A stretch of DNA of 64,000 bases from Neoconidiobolus thromboides FSU 785 (taxonomy: Eukaryota > Fungi > Entomophthoromycota), in contig MU626261.1 of the NCBI GenBank assembly GCA_025603075.1, forward strand, positions 62,001 through 126,000. The letters are read 5' to 3'. The notes under the pieces were generated by a model that was given only the letters and a program-made list of their open reading frames with translations, was not told the origin of the DNA and searched no databases. A program made the position numbers and the translations under genes. The number at the start of each line of letters is the position of its first letter. Positions within the stretch are counted from its first letter, which is position 1. Below, piece after piece: positions 51,787 through 64,000 of the stretch.

Positions 51787-51915
51787 ATATATTTAACTAA
51801 ATTAGTAATTATATACTTAAAAAGAACATTTTCAAATTTAAATAAGTTTTATAATAATATTTTTGCTTAATAAATCTTAAAAAATATAAAAATGAATAAA
51901 AAACAATGCTTATTT

Positions 51916-52014
51916 GGGAGTGTTTCTTCTAACTTCATTACTTTTTCCATCTTTTAAGCGCTATTTGAGTGGAAAAGCTATTAATGAAATTCTTAAACAC
52001 AAAAACACATCCCC
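51916..52014 (+). mobile_element. MITE family A copy
   Basis: GGGAGTG...ACATCCCC termini; ATTT on both flanks. Confidence 0.88.
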
Positions 52015-52299
52015 ATTTTATATTATTTTATATTATTTTATTTACATTTAAAATAAGCATTTGCTTTTATAATTAATAATGTGAAGATCTTTTTAACTTT
52101 ATCACTTTTTTATTTTCAAATACTATTAAATAAGACAGTTTTTTTAATATTTAATTTGATTAAAAATTAATATCTATGATTATTTAATATAACGTTTTTT
52201 TTAAAATAATAGTATAAATTTAAAGTAGTTTATAGAACTTTTTTTTAAAAGTGATAGATTATAATAAAGTAAGACTGTTTATTTACAAGAATCTGAAAT

Positions 52300-52625
52300 C
52301 TGGTAATCAGTGGTCTGAGTTAAAAGCAACCTTTATTTGGTTAACTAGTTGTACGTTGAAAAGTCTTAGTTTATGTAACTAATATAAACTTGAATTATGG
52401 AGAATAGCACGTAATATACTATGGGTTATGTAAAACAAATAGAATAGACAATATTACTGTAAAACCTACGCAAGGTATTACCAAAAAGATTTAGTGGCTT
52501 TATTAAAGGTATAATATTAGGAAATAATTTAGTTAAAAGGCTCCAATTTACTATATTCTAAAGTCCGTTTTATACTCCGACAAGTATGGGTATTAAAGCA
52601 AAAAAGTAATACTTTTTGGAATGAA
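52300..52625 (-). repeat. Repeat family B copy without the nested MITE (empty site)
   Basis: Reverse-orientation homolog of 11700-12124; ACGT at 52409-52412 where the other copies carry the MITE. Confidence 0.7.
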
Positions 52626-53104
52626 ATTAGAAATTCTTGCAGCAATCAAAATAAGATTGGAGTTGATTATGTCTCTATTCGAGAGCACAACTTAAGTGAT
52701 TGTTATATTATAATCAATCATAGAGCTGATAAAGAGATATTTCACAACTATAGTTATAAATAAAGCTATAAAACATTGTTTTTCCAGGTTTATAATTGAT
52801 TATGATATAATAACTATTTAAATTGTTTAAACTAATTGGAATCATAATTAATTTAGTTATAAGCTATATAATAAATTTAATTAGCTTTGAATGATTTTCC
52901 TATTAAATTTTTAGTAGAAAAATTATTATGTTTCTGAATTTACAATCAATTTTAAGTTTTTAAATTTGCTACAAAAAATTTTAATATTTAATTAGACAAT
53001 TGTAGTAAAAAATAATGATTGTTATATATTTTTATATAACCACCTAATTGAAATATAAAAAAGATTCTTTAATATATGGGGGTAAGTTTTTTGATATTAT
53101 ATTT

Positions 53105-53288
53105 TTTAATAAAGTTATTAAGTTTTATATTACTATATAAATTTCATAACAATATTTTTTATTTCATCTATTTTCTATAGTTTATAGCTTATTATATATT
53201 AATTTTAATTATATAAACTAAAGTTTTTCTAACTTATAGCCAGTTAATTAAGCAAGAATTGCTTTCAACTTCAATTACTAAGTGTTAA
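53105..53288 (+). repeat. Repeat family B copy with a small deletion at the MITE site
   Basis: Aligns with 39385-39681 apart from the MITE and about 25 adjacent bp. Confidence 0.55.
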
Positions 53289-53508
53289 CTCTCATATTTT
53301 ATTTTAGTTTTTATAAAAACTTAAATAAGCATAATAGAAAACAAGCTTTATTATATTAAATAATTTTATAACTTAGTTTAAATTTCATAAATAAAATAAC
53401 ATATTTAAAAATTAAACTTAAAAGCTGAAACAGCTTAATTAATTAGCTATGTTAATAAACCTTAGTTTTTATAATTAATCTAAACTTAAAATATAAAAAA
53501 TAATATAT

Positions 53509-53604
53509 GGGGGTGTTTTTTTAGCTTCACTGCTTTTTTTATTTTTTCGTGCTGTTTGAATGAAAAGGGTATCACTAGAATCCTCAAATAAAAAATAGAT
53601 CTTT
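53509..53604 (+). mobile_element. MITE family A copy (degenerate)
   Basis: GGGGGTGTTTT start and diverged body; ATAT on both flanks. Confidence 0.6.
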
Positions 53605-54656
53605 ATATAAAGCTTAATAGCTTTATTAATATAATAATTTTAGAGAATAAAATTATTATATTAAAATTTTTTTAAATATTTTGCATTGATATGCTATATA
53701 TATAAAATAATAACAGTTATCATGTTTTATTATAACTACTAATATAAATGTTAAAATACAGAAATAAAGTTTTTTATAGCAAACTTAAATGAAAAAGCTT
53801 AATTTAACTGTATATTAGTTTATAAATATATTTAAGTTTAATTGTAAAATTATCTAAATTAAATTAAATTAAATTAAATTAGTAAAGTAATATTTTACAA
53901 AATTACTTATTTATTAGTATGAAATTATATCCAGTATGATATCAATACTTAATAAAGTAGTTTTTAAACCATCAAAAATAAAACATTCATATATTATAGT
54001 TAAGATAATATAATAATTTATTATTAGTTAACTTACTGTTTAATAGGAGTAGTAAGGTTTGAAGCATTTGTATATCTTTTAGCTTAGATACCTTGTCAAA
54101 ATTTTAAGCGTAATTAGTGAACATAAATGTTAGTTAACAATATAACCTAGTAGTAAGATGCTTTTAAATGAGTAAACAATACAAGAACAAGACAAATTTA
54201 TCTAAATTGTTAATAAAATTTTAATAGGAGCAATAGTTTATTCATAGTTTAAGCAGTCTTCTGCTTTTTCAATCTATAAGTAAATATTTTTATTTAGCTT
54301 TTGAGACCCCATAAAAAACCCAGCATAAATATACCTGTTTAAACTCATACTTAAAAACGAAGCTTTAATTATGGATTAATTATATTTAGCTATTTTAATA
54401 AAGCTAAAATAGGAAATCTATTCAATATAAAACTATATTGAGTTTTTAATAAGTTCAAAACAATATGTACTAGTTAATTCATACCAATTGAATTATTATG
54501 TTTCTCTACTCATCTCCAAATTTAAACTTCCCATAACTATTTAATTGATCCTATTTTCCAATCCATAGGAAATTCTTTATGCTTACAAATCCCAAAAATT
54601 CACAAATATCAAAAATCGCCATTTTTTATATAGAAAAAACACATAGACACTTAAAA

Positions 54657-57600
54657 ATGGCACAAAAGCGAGTAAATCAAAGCATCTTACAAAAGCAACT
54701 TAGTAGTATCCGGGACCCGAATACAGAACGTGTACGTAGTAGTCGAGTAAGTAAATATAAAGATTCTTTTATTTTTAGTTCTCGAGAAGCTGCTGAGTTA
54801 GATGTCAATTCTATCTTTGATATCGGTGTTGAAGGGTTTAATAGTTTATTAGGATTAGAACCTAAATTAAAAGCATTCGAACAGAGCTTGTTTTCAAGTA
54901 AAATTAAGGAAGTCGATAGAGTATTATTGACCAAAGCAGATAATACTAAATTGGATAATACTATTGAATTGTTTTTAACCTTGATTAGCCCTTATTTTTT
55001 AATTTCTCATACTGGGAAGGTGTTAGAATGGTTAATTCGTAGATTTCGAGTTAACGAGTTTAATGTAGATGCAGTATTACGTTGTATTTTGCCTTATCAT
55101 GATACCCCCTCTTTTTTAAAAATGTTAAGTATTTTAAATATCGAACATGATACTTATTGGAGTCCATTGATTGGAATTAGAAAATCGAAAGTGACATTTA
55201 ATAGAGAACAATTTATTAAGATAACCCTTAAAGATAGTCAAATTTTAAATTTTATGATTCAAAGTGCAACTACTTTTGCCAAAAGTACGCCTAATTATTC
55301 ATCTTTCTTTTCCTTTTATACTGGATTTATGTTGGGTTATTTACAACAATGTTCTTCTATTGAAGAGAAAACATTGAATTTATTATTACCAAATTTGTTA
55401 AATGGAATTCAACATCAATGTAAAGATTTTCGATTAACGAGTTTAATTTTGTTTTTACATACGGCTTCAAAGGTTTCTTTTACTAAAGATATGACATTTA
55501 AATTCATTGATTTATTATTAAAGAATGAATTTGATATTCATTTTAAAGTCACTTCTTTGGTTAAATTGGCTTCTTCTCAAAAGAATTGTTTTGATATTAA
55601 GAATCGTCATGACTTATTGTTTGATTGGATTGTACAGCAAAACAATTTCGATAAAATATTATTACCCATTGCTAAGGAATTTGATATTGAAACAATTTAT
55701 GAGTATTTAATTATTCAATTAATTAATTTAGTTATTGAACAATCTGAGAAATATGAATTATACAATCAATTAATTAACAAATTAATAAATATGATTAATG
55801 AAGTTGGTGGTAATATGGTAACTAAAGTATCAATACATTTATTTGATCAATTAATGTTAAAACAACAAAATAATAATAAATTCATTGGAGAAATATTTCA
55901 ATTAATAAACAAAAAGAACAGTTCAATTGTACAACAAATTATAGGTAAAAAATTAGAACTATTAGTACAACAACATGGATCAGAATCTAAAGAATATAAC
56001 TTAGCATTGAATTTTTTTATTTTACAGTTCCAGCATTCTACTTCTTTACCATTAAAAGAAACTAATTCTTCCTTAGAATTAAGTTTAATTCATTCTAATA
56101 GACAATATCGTATAGCTGCAATTAACAAATTGAATTTATGTTTAAAAACTCAAGAGCCATCAATTTATGCTTCATTTTATCCAGGATTAATAGAAAATTT
56201 AAAAGATAATAATATGGAATTAGTACAAGTAACATTAGATTTATTAAAACAAAATCCAAAATTAGTGAAAGAAATTGGAGCCCATAAATTATGGGATAAC
56301 ATTAAAGTATTACCTAATCAATTTAAATTGATTGGTTATGAATTAATATTAACAATGGAATTTATGAAAGATAATTTATTATTATGTTTACCTTATTTAA
56401 TTGAAGGTTTGATTTATGATGGCAATAATCAACAAATTCTTCAGTTAATTAATTCCAAATTAAACAAAAATTTAATGCAATTATCTCCATTTTTAATACA
56501 AAACAATATCAATTTGAACAATCAACAAACGGATTTTATTAATTATAATATAAATTATATCCAGCAAACAGTTAAAAATATTCAAAAATCAACAAATCCA
56601 ATTGAATATATTAATCAAAGTATTCAATTAGCTAATACTCATACTAATGTTGTAACTAAACAAATACTTTTAATTATTGGTGTGTTAGGATTTCAAAGTA
56701 TTTATGATCAATTAACAGTAAAACAAGTGAAACAAATATCAATTGATTTATCTAAATGTATTGAGAAATTCATAACAATAATTAATTTTAACATTCAAGA
56801 AACTAGTTTATTAAATTTAGAAGAATGTATTACTAACATTATTAATTACCATTCAGTTAATAATGATAATAATTCTTATTTAATTACAATTTCTTATTGT
56901 ATTAATACATTAATGAAAGTAAATCAAGACAAAATAGAAATTCAATGGTTAAGTTTAAAACAAGAAGAAAATAGTAAACAAAGTAAATTAGCAATTATTA
57001 TCACTACTTGTTTTTCATTAATATGTTTAAAATCATTAAATATGTTTAAATTGACATTAAGTAAATTAGTTGCTAATTATTTAATTAAAGATCAATTAAT
57101 TAAATTTATTTGTTATATTTTATTAATTCAGGATATTAATTATTTAATCAAATCACGTGCATTAATTTTATTATCTTATACAATTCAACAAAGTAAATCG
57201 ATAATAGATTATCAATTATTATTACCATTTATTTTAATATCATTAAATAATAATAATGAATTAATTCGACAAGCAGCAGTAATTTGTTTAGATTCCATCA
57301 ATAACTTATTACAATCTTATTCAAATGAAAAACTCAAAAAATCAGTACCCATTTTTGGTAAAAAAGAATTTTATCCAATTCAAGATAAAAGTATTAAATA
57401 TTTAACATTACAATCATTTCATTTTTTAATTATTCAACTATTATTAAATAAAAAAGATATTATTCGTTCTAAAATAGGAATTAAACAAATCATTAAGAGA
57501 ACATTAAATATCAATATACCAAAGAGTAATTTTGCAATTAAACATGGGCTTAATGGACATTCACGTGAACCAAATAATTTACATAATGTATTTATGGAAT

Positions 57601-60600
57601 TTATATTATCAATAATTCAACAGTTTGAACAAGAAATACCACAAATATTGTTATTGCAGTTAATTGAAGATATTGAATGTAAATCAAAATTAAAATCATT
57701 ATCTGTATTAATTTCCAATTTATTAAAACAATTATCTGAAATTGAAAAAATTAACTTAACACAATGGGAGTTATTACAACAATTATTAAACTTATTTACG
57801 CCTGAATCATTAAAAGTATTAGATAATAATAAAGATCGATATATTAATATGATGACATATTCTTTAGGATTAATTAACTTAAATGAAAATAATCAATCAA
57901 TATGTGAATTAGTGTTAAATAAAATAACACCTCAATTATTTACTAATTTAAGTGTTAATAGTCAATCTAAATTATTAAGATCATTAATGGTAGTTAATTG
58001 TTATGAAGATAATCATTTAGCTTCATTAGCTAAAAAAGTGTTATTAAAATTACCAATAACATATGAATCAGTAGTAGATACATTAAATGAGATTAAATCT
58101 CAAATCACAATCAACGGAAATAATAATAATAAGAAAATCAAACTAAGTGAAATTGAAGGAGATTTAATTAATAATAATAATAATTTATTAACTCGACCAT
58201 TTATGCAAATGACTACTTTATTAGAAGTATTAGATGATCAATTAGAAACTCATCAATTAATTAAATTAATTCCTAATTTATTTTCGTTATTATCTTTGTT
58301 AATTGAATTGCCATCCGATTTAATTCATACCTCAATTAATTATATTTATCAACTATTATTATCTATATTAACAACAATTTTTAATAATAATCAACAATCA
58401 ACAATTAAAATTAATGAAAATTCAACACGTATTGATTTAGTTGTTCAATTATTAAGATTATCTTCCTCCCCACAAGTACATCATCAAGCATTATTATTAG
58501 TGTCAGCTATTGCTACAGTTCATCCAGAAATTGTATTATTACATGTCATGCCAATCTTTACTTTCATGGGAGCCAATGTGTTGCAAAAAGATGACAATTA
58601 TTCTTTCTTTATAATTCAGCAAACATTAGAAAAAATTATACCACCTTTATTAAATAGTTATCGACAGTCAGCTATGGATGAAGAAGATTCTAATTTTGAA
58701 TTAATATATAATTCAAAGCCAGTTATTAAAGTATTTGTTAATGCTTTATTACATATTCCCCAACATCGAAGGGTCAATTTATTTACTACATTAATTAATA
58801 TTATGGGTTCTGAATTTTTATATGTAGTATTAGCTACTATATTAGAGATTTATTCTATTAAATATTGTCATGGACATAAAGAAGAAGCAAACAAATTCAA
58901 AGAATTTTGTTTAGAAATTAGTACTCAATTTAATCCAACAATCCAAGTAAGTGTTATGGCCCAATTATTAAAGAGTTTATTAGATTTACCCAATGAAAAA
59001 GTAGAGAATAAGGATTATTCCAATGTCAGAAATTTATTTCCAATTCAAGAAGCAACGGATAAACAATTAAGACATTATAAATTTTCAATAATGAATTTTA
59101 TCAAATTAAATTTAAATAGTAAATCCTTTTTGTATATGTTGTTAGAAATTGAAGCCAAAAGCAAAGAAGCCAAACAATTGGATGAAAATTATATTAATGT
59201 AGCAGAAAGTTTATTATTAATCGTAGATGATTTAAGAGCTTATTTAGTTGATTATTCAGCTCGAGAAAATGTTAATTTAACAATTAAGAAATTTTTTAAA
59301 TCTTTAGTAGCATTTGAATATGATATATTAAATGACACAATTAATTTATTATCTTATCCTTGTTTAACTTTATTTTTGAAGAAATTGTTAATGCATTCAA
59401 GTTCTACTATTCGATTCCGATCTATGCAATTATTAGAAAGTAAATTGGAAAAGATTCACACTCAATTGGCACTTAATGAAGTTAAAAATTTCCTTGAATT
59501 AGTACCCATTTTGGTTGATTTGATTCAAATGGAACAAGAAATTCAATTAAATAAACAGACTGCTTTTAATTGTTTAGGTCAATATATTATGTGTTTTTCT
59601 AAACATCATAATATTACCGAAAGTAAATTCTTTTCAAAGAATATTCTTCCTTTATTATTGAGCAAAGATGGTCTCAATTCTGAAGATTTAAATATATTTG
59701 CTTCTTCTTGTGTAGTTTTATCTTATATTTGGTAAATTATTGTTATTTGTTTATTTTATTATTTATTAATCTTTTTTTATAGTCAAGAATTAGATAGCAT
59801 CATAATTGAACATATTCCTATTATTATGCCAATATTAATGAAACAAATGAAAGTATCCATTTCAATTTCTACTGATTTCGATAACTCCACTATTTGGATG
59901 GCTCAATTTTTATTATTAGATGCTTTATTTGTTAAATTGGCTAAATTTATGGCCCCATATTTAGAAACAATACTTACTCTTTTAATTGAATTTAAAGTTC
60001 AATTAGATCACATGGAAGAATTAATATTAAAAGATAAAGTATCTTCATTATTAATATTGTTGAATAGAGAAATTGAAGCAAGAGTATTACTTCCAGTAAT
60101 CTTTAAATTATATACAGTTATGATTGAAAAGGGTGTAGAATGTACTACAGCTCTTTTTGAAATTGTATCCAAAGTGATGTTAAATTTATCTGCTGATGAA
60201 GTGGAAAAGTGTTATATATTATTATTTAAATTTTACTTAGAATGTTTTGATTTTAGAGATAGTTATAAAAGTATAGGAGAAGAGGTAAAATTTATTTATT
60301 AATAGAAATTAATTAATAGAATATTAATTTTTTAAATTTTTAGAATATTTTAAAAATTGAAGAAATTATATTACAAGGCTTTTTATTATTAGTTATGAAA
60401 TTAAGAGATGATATGTTTAAACCTATCTTTTTAAAATTAGGAGAATGGGCATGTATTGAATTAAGTAACACTTCTCATGGAAATTCGAGATTAATTACAT
60501 TCTATCATTTAATCTCTTTATTATTATCTAATTTAAAACATATCTTTGCACCTTATTTTATTTATACAATGGATCATGCAATTGATACTTTAGATACATT

Positions 60601-61134
60601 TGAAGTTATAGAAGAGAATAATTTATTATGGAAATATTTGTTAAAATCAATTACACTTTCTTTACAATTTGATACGGAAGGTAAACTTAGTTATTATTTT
60701 TTTAAATACATTTTATTAATTATTTTTTAAATTTAGGTATTTGGACCATGGATACATTTAATAAAATCTTACCTAAATTAGTTAATCAAATGGATAAAGT
60801 CACCTGTTTAACACTCTCTGAAGAATGTTTAATTCCATGTTTTGATTGGTTATGTCAAGCTGTTTCTGGACAAACCAGTTGGAAGAGTTTAAATTCGGCT
60901 ATTTTATTAAAAACACGATCTAAGAATATTAATGTTAAATGTATGGCATTGAAAATATTAAGAGCGTTTTATGTAAGACAAGGTGAAGCTTTCTTACCTT
61001 TCTTACCAGAAACAATTCCTTATTTGGCTGAGGTGATGGAAGATGATGATGACTTAATTGTTAATGCTACAAGAGATTTGATACTTACAATGGAAAGATT
61101 TCATGGGGAATCATTGGACCAATATTTCCGTTAA
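54657..61134 (+). CDS. UTP10: U3 snoRNA-associated protein 10 / HEATR1 (~2,103 aa)
   Basis: Exons 54657-59731, 59783-60284, 60344-60680, 60737-61134 join in frame. N-terminal SFIFSSREAA, LISPYFL, VLEWLIRRFRVNEFN, LPYHDT; C-terminal BP28CT-like MKLRDDMFKPIF and FLPFLPETIPYLAEVMEDDD. Confidence 0.93.
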
Positions 61135-61214
61135 GTAAGAAATTTAGCTTCTTTTTTTACAATAAATAAACAGACAAGGTTTTTATAAATTTATTGAATT
61201 TTTATTATTATTTA

Positions 61215-62365
61215 TTATTTTAAATCATTTAAAGATACTAAATGATGAGGTAATAATAATTCGAAATTTAAGTCCGTATTTTGTATTTTTAAAGTGGGTT
61301 GAATAGGCTTATATGCTATTGCTGTACAATGATCTAAAGAGATATATCGTTCTTCAAATTGAAAATCTAATAAAAAAGGAGTATTTTGTTTTAAAGCATA
61401 ACTTGTATTATACCAAGGTTTATCCTTTTAGTTTGATCTAATTAAAAAATAGATATTAAATGAACAAATAAATAACTTACTAAGTTCTGTTTAGCTGGTT
61501 TCTCATTAAGATTGAAATCAATTTCATTTAATGGTAATTGTAAACCAATTCCAATCCCTTTTAACAAAGCTTCTTTTAAACACCAATATTCCATAAATCG
61601 ATTTAAACTTGTGTAGTGCTTTGATTTCGAGTGATGTTTTATTATCTCATTCCATTCTCTTTTTGAAAACTAAAGATTGATCTTTTAGTATGTATATAAT
61701 TTTTATTCAACAAATTAAGTTAACAAATAACAATAAAATATTAATACTTACTTCTCCTTCAAAATCCGATATAAAATTCATTTCACTGATTTCATTTTGA
61801 ACTAATTTGATTTGCATTACATCCACACCTAAATGGATTCGATATCCTGCTATCAATATTGAATAATCACCGTGATGAGCTATATTAAAACGCAAGTTTA
61901 TTAAGCTTGGATACTCTTTTATTAATTTCTAAAAACCCATCATTTCAATAAGACTATTGTTGTTATTTTTTGAATTCAACTAATATTTACTTCACTAACT
62001 TTAGGTTTCCCATCTTTTGAATATTCAATTTCTATCTTTTTCCATAATTCTAATAACGTCTTGTCATCGCCCTCAACTCTTTTCTTTTTTTCCAATTCTA
62101 ACAATATCATAGATATTAGTTTATATAACATTAATCTCCCAGTTAAAGAGGCTAATTTATCCGATAGATAAACTAAATTAGTAATCTTTTCTCGTTCGTT
62201 AATTGTATTTAATAATCTAATATAAGGTTGTAATTCAGGTTCAGTGATAGGCCATTGGGAATAATTAAAAAGCCATTTAATAATTATCTAGGATAGACGA
62301 TAAATAATTAATTGATTTTAAAGTCAAGCACTTACTTTAGGCTGTTGATTATCAATGAGAGACAT
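61215..62365 (-). CDS. Sfp-type 4'-phosphopantetheinyl transferase (Lys5/AASDHPPT-like), multi-exon
   Basis: Motifs WLFNYSQWP, GKPK, RFNIAHHGD, LGVDVM, YWCLKEALLKGIGIGL and FEERYISLDHCTAIA. The 3' splice pattern near 61330-61480 is not fully resolved. Confidence 0.85.
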
Positions 62366-62527
62366 TCAAAAAGATAAAAAAAGTAAGTTATTTAGAATAG
62401 AAACTCAAAAAAACTCATTTTTAATACCTCATTTTATTTTTGAAAAAAAACTTCTAAATAAAACAAAAAATACTCAAAGATAATAATAATAATATCGAGT
62501 TTTAACAATAACAATAACAATACTATA

Positions 62528-64000
62528 TTATTTTAAACTTCTTTTAGCATACCAATGTAACCCACTACCAAATAGAATAGCTAATAATAAAGACCCAATT
62601 AGAATACCTACAAACCAATAAATCGTATTTTCATCTGGGTTATCATCATCTGTTCTTCCTAATACTTTAACATTCATACCCCAAATACCTAATAATAATA
62701 ATCAATAATTGTTAACATTAATAACTATATAATTTATAATGAAACTAGAATTAAAAAATCAATTGCTTACCAGTAGTTAATAAAAATACAGAAAATATAG
62801 CACCAAGATAAGTTAATACCATAGATTGATCAAAAGTACTATTATTATCTCTTATATATTTTAAAGTTAAAGAATCCATATAATTACTATAACTCCGAGT
62901 TAATATTTTTTCTAAATGAATACAATTCTGCATCATGGAAGTTATATGATCTAAAACGAAGTTAATATAAGAAAATAGATTATCTATTTAAAATGAAACA
63001 CTTACCTTCTACATCCCCAAAGTATAATTGAATACCATTATCAAAATCTTTCTTACTGAGTACTCTTTCGGTCAAACCATGACAAAGATCCAGTTTATGG
63101 GACATTAATTTACTAATCGAAAACACTTGTTGTTTTAATACGTTTAATTGATAAATTGTTTTTTCGGTAAATGCTTTAGAACTATCAATTTCAGGGAGTA
63201 AGATCAAATCTTCTAATTTTTCGGCTTCAAGGATGCACGCTTTTAATAGTGGATCGAGATTGTCAATCACTTGATCTAATATAGCATAGGCTATCCAACC
63301 CGTTGAATTATGATTTTTTGATTTTAATGCTTGTAAGCGTTGTAACACACGTTCACGATGGGGAAGGTAGTTATTACTTACCTATACATTTTATAAAAAA
63401 ATAGCTAAGTTCAAGTATCTTAAGTAAATTAACTAAATCTTACTGTGATTATACCTCTAGTTGTAATAATATTATAAATACTACAACTATTAATTTCCAT
63501 CTCAAAAATACTTTGCTTTTCATTTACACAACTGGTAGTTGATTGATAACTTAAAAAATCATAGTTTTTTAATGTTTCTAAACTTTCTTTGGAATTTTGA
63601 GTATATATTGCTTCCACCGAATTCATATCTAATTGGAATACTTGCTTAATCAAATTTAATTCGGAACTGGTAGGATTAATTAAATCAATCCAGTAACTTT
63701 CTGAATTTAAATAAGTTTTCCAAAGCTCTAAATCCAAACAGGTTAAACTATCTAATGTTCTAATACCTTCTGTAAACGAATAAAACATACATCTTTTTAA
63801 TGAAGTTAATTCTGGTATTTGATATAATTTTTCTTCTTCATAATTTGAACTATGACCTTTTTCTTTTAAATAGCTTTCTAAAGCTTCAAAGTTAATAGTT
63901 GAAGATTCTCGTAAAGTATGAGATTTAGTGGAGTCCGAGGTTTTTGGTGTTTGATAATCTTTGATGATACTAGGTTCACAAAGTGATGAAGTTAAGGTTG
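62528..64000 (-). CDS. CorA-family Mg2+ transporter (Alr1/Mnr2-like), 5' end beyond the window
   Basis: WIAYAILDQVIDN, LYFGDV, LTYLGAIFSVFLLTT|GIWGMNVKV (GMN signature) followed by a second TM helix. Confidence 0.88.

Overview
A very AT-rich, intron-containing eukaryotic window, most likely from an early-diverging fungus (inference from canonical GT-AG introns of mostly 42-57 nt and fungal-type genes). Splicing was reconstructed by hand. Conserved genes: SIZ1/PIAS SUMO ligase (runs off the left edge), a gp91phox-like NADPH oxidase, a ~3,380-aa CDC25-type RasGEF, two UNC-93-like MFS paralogs, RPS1/eS1, two M3 oligopeptidase paralogs, SF3B4, LSM4, UTP10, an Sfp-type PPTase and a CorA Mg transporter (runs off the right edge). 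SIZ1, SF3B4, LSM4 and the PPTase are largely missed by the ORF track. An accessory block at 9-17 kb holds two short HSF DNA-binding-domain proteins, a 1.49-kb near-perfect palindrome and a secreted, highly cationic amphipathic peptide precursor. Intergenic DNA carries about 17 copies of a ~98-bp MITE with G-rich TIRs and a 4-bp AWWT target duplication, supported by two paralogous empty sites. It also has at least three other dispersed repeat families and several fold-back elements whose arms differ mostly by transitions. No rRNA, tRNA or CRISPR was found.
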